DNA from: Elsinoe ampelina
Taxonomy: Eukaryota
DNA: 64,000 bases
Reading direction: 5' to 3'
NCBI GenBank assembly: GCA_010093995.1
Contig: ML992507.1
Location: forward strand, 342,463-406,462
Part shown: positions 38,858 through 51,889 of the stretch, in pieces
Layout: every line of letters starts with the position of its first letter
How positions within the stretch are numbered: the stretch's first letter is position 1
Translations under genes and position numbers: made by a program
Notes under the pieces: generated by a model
What the model was told of the DNA's origin: nothing
The model's input: the letters and a program-made list of their open reading frames with translations, nothing else
The model's database searches: none

Positions 38858-41800
38858 ATGTACTGGCCGCTCGGCATACCGAACTTTTATAGCGCACACA
38901 ACCACGCGCCGACCTTTGGTACGCACCATCATGACACCGAGGGCACTTTCGAGCCCTTGAGCGATATCAATGGCAAGCTTGTCGACGCAGACTCGACCGC
39001 GAACGGAGATGGGGCCACTTCGAGCACCACCGCGCAGCAGCGACAAGTGGACGAGAAGGTACTCGATTTGAAGACTTCAAGAGGTGGACAATTATTCGCT
39101 ACAATCACGCAATCTACACTGCACATATGGCAGACGAAGCCGACTGTACTGCTGGCGACGGCTGTGAGGTCGAAGCAGTCGCTGGAATCCTATGGGGACA
39201 ATGTGGCTCTGCTCGTGCGGCCTGATGCACTCATCATAGTGGTTCAGACGCAAGGTGGCTACCTCATCACATACTCTCTGGCGTCAGATCCGACTGCGCA
39301 AGTCTACCAGGTGCAGGTCAAAACATCCGGAGCCAGCAGGAGACAGAGCGCGGAAGGTATCCGTAAGTCAGGCCTGGTTGGACTAGACTACGGACCAGGT
39401 GATGGGACAGGTATCAAGGACATTAGTGTTCGGTTCAGAATGGTGATCAGAATCGATGCTGGCATCTGCAAGGCAATCGCTTTGGACGATGAGCTCATGG
39501 TGGCTACCACAAAGCCGCCCGCAATACAATGCATCAGATGGTCCCCAGACAAAACTGGATCATCGCATAACACGGAGCTACTCAAGCGCATGTCTTGGTT
39601 CGGCGAGAAGACTGGTGTGGTTGATATGGTGTACGACCGACCCATGGGTCTTCACGTCTGGATAGGGAGCGATGGCAAAGCATACACAGTCCAGCGCGAC
39701 AAGGCTCGAAAGCCGAGCAACGGTCCTGCTGAAAGTGCTTTCAAAGGGTACTGTTTCCACGTCCCGGAGTCCATGGAGGCGAAAGCTCAGCATGTTGCGG
39801 TCAATGCCCGCTTCTCACTCATTGCCCTTGGATGCGCAGACTCTAAGATCCGTATCTACAACGTCAAGGATTATCTTGGAAACATTCCTGCTTTGCACAT
39901 CCTGGAGGTTCCGGTATCGCAAGCTACCTCTGGTGCCATCACCTTTCTTGCCCATTCGCCAGATGGCCACTGTCTCCTTGTTGGCCTTGAGCATGGCTGG
40001 GCGATGTGGAGCGTGTACGGCAAGTTAGGAGCACACTCTTTCCTGGCCGATCAAACAACGTCACCAAGCGAGGAACTGTGGCTAGGGGGATTCAAGGCAG
40101 GTTTCTGGGCCGGTCTCGGTTGTGAGTTGGTCTTGCTTGACACCAACCATGATCAGCTTTGCATGATGCACATGGCAAAGAGCGCTACAACTTCGTGTCT
40201 CGCCATGCCGAATATCTACAGATGTCTGTTACAGACAGCTACAAGCCTGATGCTTCATCGTGGTGAAAGCAGCCCGGATGTGTCCTCCGGTGCGGCTGAA
40301 GACTCCGCGTGGCAGACTTTGCAGATACCGTCAACCTATCTCGCCAATCAATGGCCGATCAAGATGTCCGTCGTATCAGCATGCGGCAAGTACATCGCTA
40401 CCGCCGGACGACGTGGGCTTGTTCACTACAGCAGAGCTAGTGGCAGGTGGAAAACTTTCGATGACCCATATGCCGAGAGTGAATTTTCTGTCCGAGGCGG
40501 TATGTGTTGGTACCAGCACATACTTGTTGCTGCGGTAGATAGTGATACCGGCTCGCAGGTATGCTTGCTATTAAATCCATCATCATCATTATTGATAGTA
40601 CTGCAGATCCGACTCTATTCCCGGGAGAAGAACCTCACGAGCTCAAACGTGATGCATACAGAACCACTCAAGTCATCTGTCATCTACATGACCTTGTCGG
40701 ACCACAGCTCTTTGCTGGTCTACACTCACGAGAACATCCTCTTCCACTACGTATTCGAGGCTACAGCGTCAACGATCAAGCTTATCCAGGTCGGACAAAT
40801 TGGTTTCCATGGTATTATCAGGGCACCAGCGCGGGTTCGTTCAATCAGCTGGATAGTGCCCGATGAGCAACGAGGTCAGAGCCCATGTTTGGCTCAAAAA
40901 TTGTCGCTAACGAGCAATAGAACGTGGTGATCCTTCTCAGGATGTAGCAACAGCCGCAGTCCTGTTCCTCATTGATGGCAAGCTGGTGATGCTGCAGCCT
41001 TCTCCGGAAGAGCATCGCGAGCTCAAGTACGATATGCGAGTCATTGCTCACAATGTCGAATTTTACCTGCTTGCTCGAGAGGGCAGCATGCCAACTCCAT
41101 CTGCGTTGGCATTGATCGACCCGGAACAGGCACCTCTGTCCAATTTGGGCACCTCTCTTACCGACTCACTGTGGTACTTTGATGGCCGGTCCATGTGTGT
41201 CTGGCCAGATACCCACGATCTCATTTCCTCCACATCATCAGAGCTGAACCAGGCGACGCTGACCTCAGTCTCGATATCGACCGACTTCTATCCACTAAGC
41301 CCGCTGTTGACGAAAGGCGTATTGGCTGGTCTGGAACCCGAGATCATCCAGCGCCGAGATGTCGACTTCACTTTCGCCAGAGCTACTCCCAGGACACACC
41401 TCTTTATACCGCCACTACTGCAGCACTATCTGTCCCGCTTCGATAGCCCCGCAGCTCTTCATCTGAGCGACTCCTATCGACGTCTTCCATACTTTCCACA
41501 TGCACTGGAGATACTTCTCCACACTGTTCTCGATGAAGAAGTCGACGCCCAATCAGCCGCCGATCACAACAACGAGAGCCAACTCGCCTCTCTCCTACCG
41601 TTCCTCTCCTCCTTCCCATCGTACCTGGACATCGTTCTCGGCTGCGCCCGCAAGACTGAGATCAGATCATGGAAGACTCTCTTCAAGCACTTGCCACCAG
41701 TAGTGGAGCTGTTTGAAGAGGCGATGGACAAAGGCCAGCTGAAGACCGCTGGTGGGTTCTTGCTGGTACTACACACTTTCGATGAAGAGGCGTTTAATGC

Positions 41801-41957
41801 AGAAATGATGAGCCGACTGATGAGTAAAGCCAAAGAAGAAGGCGAGTGGGACTTGTGCAAAGAGCTCGCCCGCTTCTTGGTCGGCGTGGATAACACGGGT
41901 GGTCTACTGGAGGAAGTGATGCGAGGGGCGGGGATGAGTAGCACGAATGGGGCGTGA
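38858..41957 (+). CDS. RIC1: RIC1 (Ypt6/Rab6 GEF subunit), 2 introns (~40559-40606, ~40875-40920)
   Basis: MYWPLGIP start, WD-like N-terminus, and C-terminal RIC1 domain (DFYPLS, YFPHALEILLHTVLDEE, CARKTEIRSW, WDLCKELARFL). Confidence 0.93.
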
Positions 41958-43370
41958 TAGACGCTTACTACATGACATATCGGAACCAACATTGAATAAT
42001 GGATGATGCATTCTATTCCATTACTCCGAAGCTTCACCGGTATGCTTGGTTTCTTGGTTGACAGTCTCATCTGGCTAAATGTTCGTACTCTAGAGCGAAC
42101 ATTCGTATCTGGCTGTGTTTGAGTGATCAAAGGCAGGACGGCAGCACATGCGCCCGGCATATCTCTGGGCAATATCGCCGTCGCCTTGGTGGACAATCAC
42201 ATCAAAGTTACACCGATGATTAGCCCTGGACACGTGCTAGCCTATTGGTACTTTCACTTTACCTGGCTGACGGACCTGGCAGAGCCTCTGCACCTGCATA
42301 CCCAGGATCAAAGGTACACAGTAGCATACTCTACCAGAATGCGCGCCTACATTCTTCGCATGTGAACGACCAACTCATTCCTAGACCTGCAAGTATGACG
42401 GACAATACTCGCTCGTAAAGTCCAGCCCACTTGGATTTAGAGTCGACTCGCCATTTTCTAGAGTATATAACCCAGCCAACCTCGGCACCTTCTGCCATAC
42501 GAAGTACTCTGTCCAACATGACATTATCATGAAGGTGGGATACATCCCGAACTTCCGGCAAGGCAATATATCTTCATTATTGGCGAACCCTAATGTTCGA
42601 CACCTTAGCCCATGACCCTCAAATGACGGAGTCACACCACCCTCCTTGGCGCTTTCTCCCAAGCATCCGGTGCAAGCGAGCACAAATGCGGAGAAACTAC
42701 TGCGGAGGCTCCAGACCACCTGACCAGAATATCTCATGCATGACGGCTCGTGCTCGTGGGGGCTCTGCGTACGGATACGCCGCACGGCTATTGTATGGCC
42801 GAAGTTGAGGCGACGTGCGGGCAGACGTGGGCAGATTATTATTATTGCAGGACAAATCGTGTCGGCCAGAAAGCATGGAGAAGCTAAGCCCCCGCTGTGG
42901 TGGGACTTCGGGAGAACGCCGGGCGGGGACACGTTCGGACGGGGGCGCCACTGACGAACCTCCCGTCGGCTGCGGTCAAAGCTCTTGGGGACGGACTACT
43001 GCCCGGCATCATGAAATTTTGTTTGGCTCTCCGGATTGACCTTGGGCCCCTCCCCACCAGAGATCCGCATCATCGCGTGGTTGCTCCAGGGTTGCTTTTC
43101 TGCATGGTGCTAATTTGCTTTGACAGATGATCTGCATTGGGAAGGTAAATGCAGCAATTCAAGCTGTCCGGCACTTGGCTCTGGACGAGAAATCTGGTTC
43201 CAATACCCGACCCATGCCGTCAGTGAGCTTGGTATTTTGCCTGTTATACTGGACTTCCTCCACTTGCGCATGGGTGATATATTGGTAGGTGGTCCCGTGG
43301 TGATCATCCTTGCGTGCCCTTTACTTTCTTCCCTACCCATCTCGCGGGTTCTGGTATTCTATGGTGGCTA

Positions 43371-45874
43371 ATGTATTCCCTTACTCTTCTCTCCGTAGTG
43401 GCCTCTGCCCTGCTTGGGCAAGCTACTGCTCAGGCCGCAACTACGAATGAGACTCAAGCTGCCATCACCTGGCGCGAGCTGTACTACAACTATGGCAGGA
43501 GTCCGCCAGTGTATCCTTCACGTGGGGCATCTCTCTCTGGGCTTTTAGGGCACGACCGCTAATCAATCGCAGCCGCGGGACCTGGCATTGGACCCTGGGC
43601 GGAGGCATATGAGAAAGCTAGGGCCCTGGTCGCCAACATGACCAATCAGGAGAAGGAGAATGCGACGATTGGATACACGTCGACTACAAACGGCTGCTCT
43701 GGTAACAGTGGGCCAGTCAACAGGGTTGGGTTCCCGGGGCTCTGCTTGAATGATGGCCCTGCAGGCGTGAGAGGCACGGAGGGTGTCTCTGGCTTTGCCA
43801 GCGGAGTACATGTGGGAGCATCATGGAACAGGTACGTGGAAGCGCGGCCATCATACGAGAGTGACAAGCCTGACATATGAACGGAAATCTCACACTATGG
43901 AGAGGCCGGTATATGGGCGCCGAGTACAAGGCCAAGGGTGTGAGCATGGCCCTTGGTCCAGCTGCAGGTGCTATCGGTCGTCTTGCGCTTGGTGGTAGAA
44001 ACTGGGAGGGTTTCAGCAATGACCCATATCTAATGGGTGTCTTGACCGCGGACACCGTTACTGGACTCCAGGAGCATGTTATTGCATGCACCAAGCACAT
44101 CGTCGGAAACGAGCAGGAAACGAATCGTCTTGCAGCTGGCTTGAATGCTTCAGTATCTTCAAACATTGGGGACCGAGCCATGCATGAGCTCTACCTGTGG
44201 CCATTCGCGGACGCTGTGAAGGCCGGAACCGCCGCCATGATGTGCTCGTTCAATCGCATCAACGGCAGCTACGGGTGCCAGAACTCCGCCGTACTGAATG
44301 GGTTCCTCAAGACAGACTTTGGTTTCGAGGGCTTCGTAGTCTCCGACTGGGGCGCTCAAGACTCTGGCGTGGGTTCTGCCAACGCAGGTCTCGATATGGC
44401 CATGCCCAACTCTCCCTATTGGACTGGCAATTTGACAGCTGCGGTCGCCAATGGCTCCATCGAGCAGTCTCGCCTCGACGACATGGTCACTCGTATCGTT
44501 GCCGCATGGTATCAAGTCAACCCCATCGAGAATCCTGGCTTTGGCATCCCCGTCAACCTTTCGCTCCCCCACGCTTTCACCAACGCCCGCGACCCAGCAA
44601 GCAAGGATCACCTCCTTCAAGAAGCCATCGAGGGCCACGTCCTCGTCAAGAACGTCAACAACGCCCTCCCCCTGAGCAAACCTGACTCCCTCTCGATCTT
44701 CGGCTGGGACGCCCGCGCCCCTCAGAAGTCCAACCATCCCCTCACCGGTTTCGGCAAATGGGCTCTCGGATTCGAATCCATCGACATCACCGAGAGCCAA
44801 GGTCTATCCGTCTTCCCAACCCTGAACCGCACCACCGGCCCCATCGCCATCGCCCGCAACGGCACCCTCATCGCCGGCGGCGGTTCCGGCTCCGTCACAC
44901 CCCCCTACATCTCCGCCCCTCTCGACGCTCTCTTCGACCAAGCCCGCGAAGACAACACCTGGATCCAATACGACACCGACTCCCTCACGCCCACCATCAA
45001 CCTCGGCTCTACCGCCTGCCTCGTCTTCATCAACCACTACGCCGCCGAAGGCTTCGACATGCCCAACCTCGCCGACGCCGAATCCGACCGCCTGGTCACC
45101 TACGTCGCATCCCGCTGCAACAACACCATCGTCACGATCCACAACGCCGGCATCCGCCTCGTCGACCCCTGGATCGACCACCCCAACATCACCGCCGTCA
45201 TCTACGGCCACCTTCCCGGGCAGGATTCCGGGCGCGCACTCGTCGAACTCCTCTACGGCAGGCAGAGCTTCTCCGGCCGCCTGCCTTACACCGTCGCCCG
45301 TCGCGCCTCCGACTATGGCTCGCTGTTGTCGTCGGACTTCCCCTCTGCGGACAGCGACTACTACCTCCAATCCAACTTCTCCGAGGGCGTGTTCATCGAC
45401 TATAAATCCTTCATTGCGCGCAACGTCACGCCGCGCTTCCCCTTCGGCTACGGGCTGACGTACTCTTCGTTCTCCTACGCCGACTTGGGGATCGATGTTG
45501 AGGCGCAGGATCTGCCTGAACTGCCAGCTGATCAGGACGTCACGGAGCAAGGCGGGCATCCGAGTTTGTGGGAGCGGGTGGTGACGGTTAGAGCGACGGT
45601 GAGGAATACGGGGAACGTGACGGCCGCTGAGGTCGCGCAGTTGTATTTGGGAATTCCGGCCGAGGGGGCGCCGGCGAAGCAGTTGAGGGGGTTTGTGAAG
45701 GAGGAGATTAGGGCGGGAGAGGAGGTGGAGGTGGAGTTCCCGTTGTTGAGGAGGGATGTGAGTTATTGGGATGTGGTGAGGCAGGAGTGGGCTTTGGTTA
45801 AAGGCAGGGAGTATAAGGTATACGTGGGGAAGGATGTTGGTGAGTGTGAGCTGGAGGGGACGTTTAATTTGTGA
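43371..45874 (+). CDS. Secreted GH3 beta-glucosidase with Fn3-like C-terminus, 2 introns
   Basis: Signal peptide, YGRSPPVYPS, LCLNDGPAGVR, GRNWEGFSNDPYL, KH, nucleophile motif VVSDW, FSEGVFIDY, EVAQLY. Confidence 0.95.
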
Positions 45875-46617
45875 TGCGGCGAGTTGGTCGTTGAGCTGGA
45901 AGAGTGCACTCGAGGCTCATCAAGGCTTTGGGCTTGCGAACCTCCCTGTAATATACACCAACATTATACTTCCACATAGCCACGAGACCTACTTCGTCTC
46001 CAACCATTCAGTGTCTTCCAGCGCGGCGCCCTGCAAACTATTGGGCTTCCCGCCCTGCTCGCCGTCGACTTCCCACCGAACCTCCTTCCGGCCCTTATGG
46101 CTGCAATCTACCAGGAGGATGTCAACCTTGGGTTGTCCACATATCAGGTCAGCCTCAGGAGCCGCATCCCAATTCTATATCATTCTCGCTACAGCTTGGG
46201 ATAGCCATGCTGCCCCGAGAGAATGCACATGTAAGAATGATTACCACAAGACCGCCGTTCACCCAAGAGCTATCCAGAAAGCCTTTGGCCATGCAATGCT
46301 GGTTTCCACATCAATGTCCTAAATTGAATCTTCTCGTTTAAGTCGAGCATATCCTCCGCTAAACCTTGTTAAATAGACCAGTTGCGTACGACCAAAAAGA
46401 CTGTCACTATGTGGTCATATGTCGGAGATACTGAATGAAAGGTATGTACCACGATGTTCCACACTCTCTGTCTCTCAGAAACACTCACTCCTACTCCTGA
46501 ACAATTACACATGTATCTCCCTGGTAGCTCAAGGCTCCTCTGTCCATCGCTTGAAAACGTTTGCACAGTCTGTCACCACTTGTTGCTCACTAATAATGGC
46601 TTAGCTCGTAGGGCCCC

Positions 46618-49600
46618 TTAGTCCTTGCCCTCAAGCCCCCAGAGACCTGTCCAAGCTTCCCAGGCCTCGTCTGCTCTATCCTCTTGCCGTGCAATGAGGC
46701 GTTCCAGCCGCTTCTGAACATCAACAGCATTCGTCAGCCAGACATCGTCAGCTGCCAGAACCTGCCTCCTCATCTCCACGTGACAGCCATTGACATTTCG
46801 CGCTTGCTCGTATTGCTCATCTGCTCGAAGTGCTTCTACCAAGCGATCCTGGCAAATCATCCTGCTCTTACTATCTGCTGGTAGTGAATCGGCTTCGACC
46901 TGAACCACATGCTGAAGGAGTGGAACAGCCCTCTGATGCTCGACCAACGCGGAAATAGGCTTGAGCGAGACGATCTTGTCGCACCAACAAATCAGGATGC
47001 TCTTCTCCAAGCCTCACACGGGAGATCCTGACAAGTGGCTCGAGGATGCCTATTGCCCTGTCCACTTGCCCATCATCAAGATATGCACCAGCCAGTGCGC
47101 TCTGCGACAACAGCCTTTCAGGATGATCCTCCGCTAGCACCCTTCCCTCGAGCTTCACGACATGCTCGAGCGCGTCGATAGCTCTAGACACCTGCTGATC
47201 TGCAAGATAAGCCCTCGCAAGCTCGTGCTGCGAGATAAGTCGACTCGGATGAGTCTCAGGTAACGTCTTCTCGTTCGTCCTTACTACAAGCTCGAGCAAG
47301 TCGACAGCTCTAGTCACCTGCTCATCTGCAAGATAAGCGCTCGCAAGCTCATGTTGGCAGGTAAGTCGATGCGGATGAGTCTGAGGTAACGTCTCCTCTG
47401 TCGTGCTTACTACAAGCTCGAGCAGCTCGATAGCTCGAGACACTTGCTGATCTGCAAGGTAAGCCCTCGCAAGCGCGTGCTGGGAGCCAAGTAGATCGTT
47501 GTTATTCTTGTGCATGAATTTTGATTGTTGTTCGACTACATTTCCCAATATCTCGATTGCTTCGCCATATCTTCCCTGGTCAAGATATGCACACGCAAGC
47601 TCATGGTCGCACCCAAGTCGAGTAGGAGTGTCCGCATCGCCCTCCGTCTCCAGATCGACGTGTATATCTTCGAGTAGCTCAATCGCCTTATGCGTCTGGG
47701 CATTTTTGCGGTAGGCTGTGGCAAGATATCGCTTGATAGCCAACCGTGGGTAACCACGTACACAGGCTCCGGCTTGACAAGCCTCATATACAACTTGGAG
47801 ATGGCTGATGGCTTGGTAATAGCTGGCGTTCAGGCAGTGATTCCAACCCAAGATGAACAGAATTCGGAGAGAGTCCGGGTTATGCGATGGAAACCTTTTA
47901 GACTCCATGTAACTTATTATGTTCCGAGACACACATATAGCGGTTTTGTAGTTACTTGCAAGTTCTTGAGCCTCTGCAAAGAGAACAAGGAAAAACATGT
48001 TCGGATTAGTGACTCTCGTTGGGTCAGGAGCATACTTCTTGGGCACATGGCGGAGCAATTCTGCCATAGCATCCACGAGACGCAGCTCATACAGTCGCCT
48101 TGCAAGGTGGAAGAATATCGCAGCCATTTTACTTTGTGGCTGATGACTGGTATTTCCATTCTGAAGATGTACTACCAGGGCCAGCAAATGCTGCTGCAAA
48201 TGCCGCCCACGGCGATCCCATATGTCGCTATATGCCAATATTGCGAGGAAGCAAGCCGTAGACAGGATCGAGTCTTGTCTGCGAACGGTATCCGCCCTCA
48301 GATTCACCCATTCATGTATCAGAGGGTGCATCGATAGCAGTATGTCAGCACCATCACCGCTGGTCTTTATGAGAGCCAAGGAAGATAGGAGGTTGACGGC
48401 CGTCATTAGAGGAACCCTGTCAAATGTATTGTGATCAGATCCTTGTTGTGGGGCCGTTTCTGTCAGATCGCAGGAAGAGCCTCCTCCCGGTGTCGATGCA
48501 GCCTCTAAGCTTGTGTGACTGTCTTTGATAGAGGGAATCCCTTCTGAGACCAATGTCTTGCGATGGCTGAGGGACTTGCTAAGTAACGATTTGAACTTGG
48601 AACGTTTCGATACCTTCTCCCTTACGGACTGTGCTGGTGCAACGATCGGGGATGGCTTGCTAGGCCCAGACTGGGGAATACCTCGTGCTGGAATGCCTAA
48701 TACACTGATGATATGATTGGTGTGCCACACATTCAGGTCACGAAAGTCTCCATCATAACTCTGAAATCCCTCGAGAATTCTCGTGGCCCAGTACCATACC
48801 ACTTCGAAGATCTCGATTGGTAATGGTGTCCACGTAAGCACAGACAACAGCCTTAGCAGCTCTTTGGCGTGTTCCGATAATTGCTTGTAAGACGTCTCGA
48901 AAGTCGCGAACACATTACCGTAACCAGATTTCCCCTGGACTTGCTCCCACCTCAGCATGTACGATTTCTGCCTTTTGAATCTCGAGGGATAATCCCCTAA
49001 AGAAGAGAAATTTGACTTGATGTAAGATCCGGCCTGGACGAGTGCAAGTGTATGGTTTCCGAGTAGTTGACAGACGGTGTGTGCCTCAAGTCGGGTGTGC
49101 TGAATCACCACACGAGACATCTTTCCAGCAGTCACAAGAAGGAGCTCCTCGGCGTCTGCGTCGGTGAGCGTGTCAAGCTCAATCTTCGACTCTGCGTCCG
49201 ATGCATGATCGAAGCACTCTGGATTGCGGGTAGTCAATATGACGGCACCTTGGCTGCTGGTGGGAAGGAACTGACTCATATCCTGGTCTGTGTCGTCCGC
49301 ATTGTCAAGGATGAGCAGCCACTTCTCGCGCCAATTATCCAGGACTCGCTTGCAAGAAGCAATATCATCGCCTCCGCCGCCGAGCATTGATGCAGCTGCC
49401 TTGAACCCCTCCAGTGCTTTGTCTTCGGCACTGGCATTCACCCAGAAGACGCCCTGGAACTTCTTGCCAATCGTGTTGGCTATCTTCAAGCAGATCTCGC
49501 TTTTACCTACACCTCCGATGCCGGCGATGACGATTCTGCAGGGGCTGGTAGGATCAGGATCATCGAGGTAGGCTTGGAGGAGAGCTTCTATTCGCTCCAA

Positions 49601-50731
49601 TTCTGCCGTACGTCCTGTGAACTGAACGCTTGGTGATTGATCCATCAGCCAGTGCTTTGGTTTCGAAGGCGTATCATGGAAGGGCGGTAGATCAAGAGAA
49701 GCATCTCTCGACCAGTGTTTCAGCAACCCCTTCACGCCAGCAGCAGCGACAGCAGCAGCGTAGTCTTGCCAATCTTTGTTCTTATGGCTGTCGGCATAAT
49801 CACAAACCGCCTTTACGATGAGCGTCGGGAAGTGTTCCCACAAGCCAGCAGCCTCCATCTCGAAAGCCAGAAGCTTGCCATCCTTTGCGACTTCGTCCCG
49901 GTGGTTCCCCGACTTCACCACTGTGTCGGCGGTACCAAAGCCGCCGAAGAAGATTCGGAGATCATGCTGTGCTTCTGACGGGGTAGGATGATCCCTTCGT
50001 GGACGGGTGATCTTTTCGCAGATATCGCAGCCTAGCTCTTCGCAACTGGTCTTAGCGGCCTTGTCACAGACGCCTCCAGCGGCACACTCGGCGCGGCATC
50101 CACTACCAGCATCTAGAACGTGGCGATGGACATAATTTGATGGAAAGTAGGATCCAGCATCACTTGCAGGTCTCAGATATATCGAATTATGGATGCTGAG
50201 CCGATCCAGCGTCGAAAGAAGGCCGCTTTGCATGTTTCCCTGATGGTGAGCCGTCTGGAGCTTGCTCAGTAAGGACCCGATCTCCGGTCTGGGATTACGA
50301 TTGATAGTAGATTCGTCGCCAGTCTTCTTTCGGAACCTTCCTTCAAGCTGACGGCCGAAGTCATACTGCTCGATGAAAGTGCTCAGGATGAGATCACCAA
50401 GATACACGTTCTCGCCTGCTGGTCCGATGGGAACTCCGCCACAAATGCCCACAAGCAGCGCCAATCTGATGCTGGGGAAAGAGTGGAGAGCATCTACGGC
50501 GGCCTGAGATGCAGACACCTTGCCCATGCGTCTGAGATGCACAAGTACGACTGAATGTTTTCCGATCCGACCAGTAGTATAGGCCGTTGTATTCCCAGGG
50601 GCAGCTGAGTGTGATCGAGCTGTATCGGCATCAATCTCATCCATGACGGCGATGACAGCGTCTGCTTCCCGTGGCAAAGCGCAGAGGATGGCGACCTGGA
50701 TGCGAGCCCGAGTAGCCGCAGGAGGCTCCAT
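46618..50731 (-). CDS. Fungal NLR-like protein: PNP_UDP (nucleoside phosphorylase) - NB-ARC - TPR; frameshift near 46940
   Basis: VAILCALPRE, FEMEAAG, CDYADSHKNKDWQDYAA (PNP_UDP); GIGGVGKS Walker A; WLLILDNAD Walker B; 42-aa TPRs. The main ORF stops at 46871 but the TPR pattern continues in another frame to 46618. Confidence 0.9.
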
Positions 50732-51889
50732 CTTGCATCAGTGCTCTTTGATTGAGGAGTGGATGAACGTTCTCTGAGCTCAAGCTGGAACAGTGCTGCG
50801 AGATAGAGTCCGGGAGCTTTCGGTCTTGAGCCTCAACCTCAACTTCATCATTGATAACCGAAGAGGGTCGAAGTCAGACCGATTCCTGTGGTCAGCTTCC
50901 GTGTTGTCTCGAGGACCGCTGAATCCGCGCCGACAGGAGATGCCAGCAGGATGGAGAAGTCGAGGCACGCGGGGAGCTCTGGGAAGCGACTGGACTGTAC
51001 AGCGGGGCTGTACATCACCTACTGTACGTGCGGGCCGGACTCAGCTTTTGCCTTACTTCTGGTGGTAGGAGTCCCTGCATTTTGTGCGCCCGCATTTCGG
51101 CTCAGCAATTCACTTGTGTGTGTCCTACGAGGATGTTATTGGACCAGCTGTATAGGCACACGCCACCAGCCGGTGGCGCTTATCATCCTGCCCAATCCAG
51201 TGCGTCGATGGACCTGGCAACGACGTCGTGGATCCTCCTTGTCGGTCACTGTGCAGGCTCAAATCGCGGTGCGTTACAGTTTTTCCAGCATTGCCTTCGT
51301 CCCAGGACGCTCCAGCTGAAGACCGAGGACAGACGGAGTCCTACCGCCATTTCCAGGTTGTCGGTTTCTTACCCGAGAGCGCGGGGAGTCCGAGTCTATA
51401 GGGGCAAATTTCGTTTAATCTTGCGCAATGGAAACAGGACTAGAAACCTGAAAACCTGTGTACGGTATCATGGCCGCAATTGAAGTCCCGTGGTGTCCTG
51501 CCCCGCTGGACCTGCAGGGTCACTGCTCCTGCTTCGTCGCTATCTTAGATTTTGCCATCATTATTATGCACAGAGTTTCAAATCCGATTCAAACGGCCCC
51601 AAACTACATTTCGGGCGCCTGGACATCCCGGATAATTGATAAGCTAATGGCTTTCAAGCCGAACATGCCCCCTTGACTGGACTGTAGCACTATCACTCAG
51701 ACTCAATCTGAGAGTAAAACAGGCAGTCAAGTAAGATCTTCGTGAATAGACACTGCTACATAATTGTGTATCGAATGGCCTGGGTCAATTACAGTCTTTA
51801 CCGACGACTCTCTGTTCTATCCAATTCGGCGCGACAAGAAGTATACAAAAAAGCGAGACGTCTAAATTGAGAAACGTGACTGTAGTCTT

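Noticed and set aside
41960..43370. ORFs and candidate CreA/XlnR-like hexamers upstream of the GH3 gene
   Set aside because: The ORFs lack homology cues, and hexamer matches are expected by chance.
44159..45559. Long overlapping R/P-rich and antisense ORFs in the GH3 gene, with C-rich then G-rich skew
   Set aside because: Shadow ORFs caused by strong third-position codon bias in the real gene.
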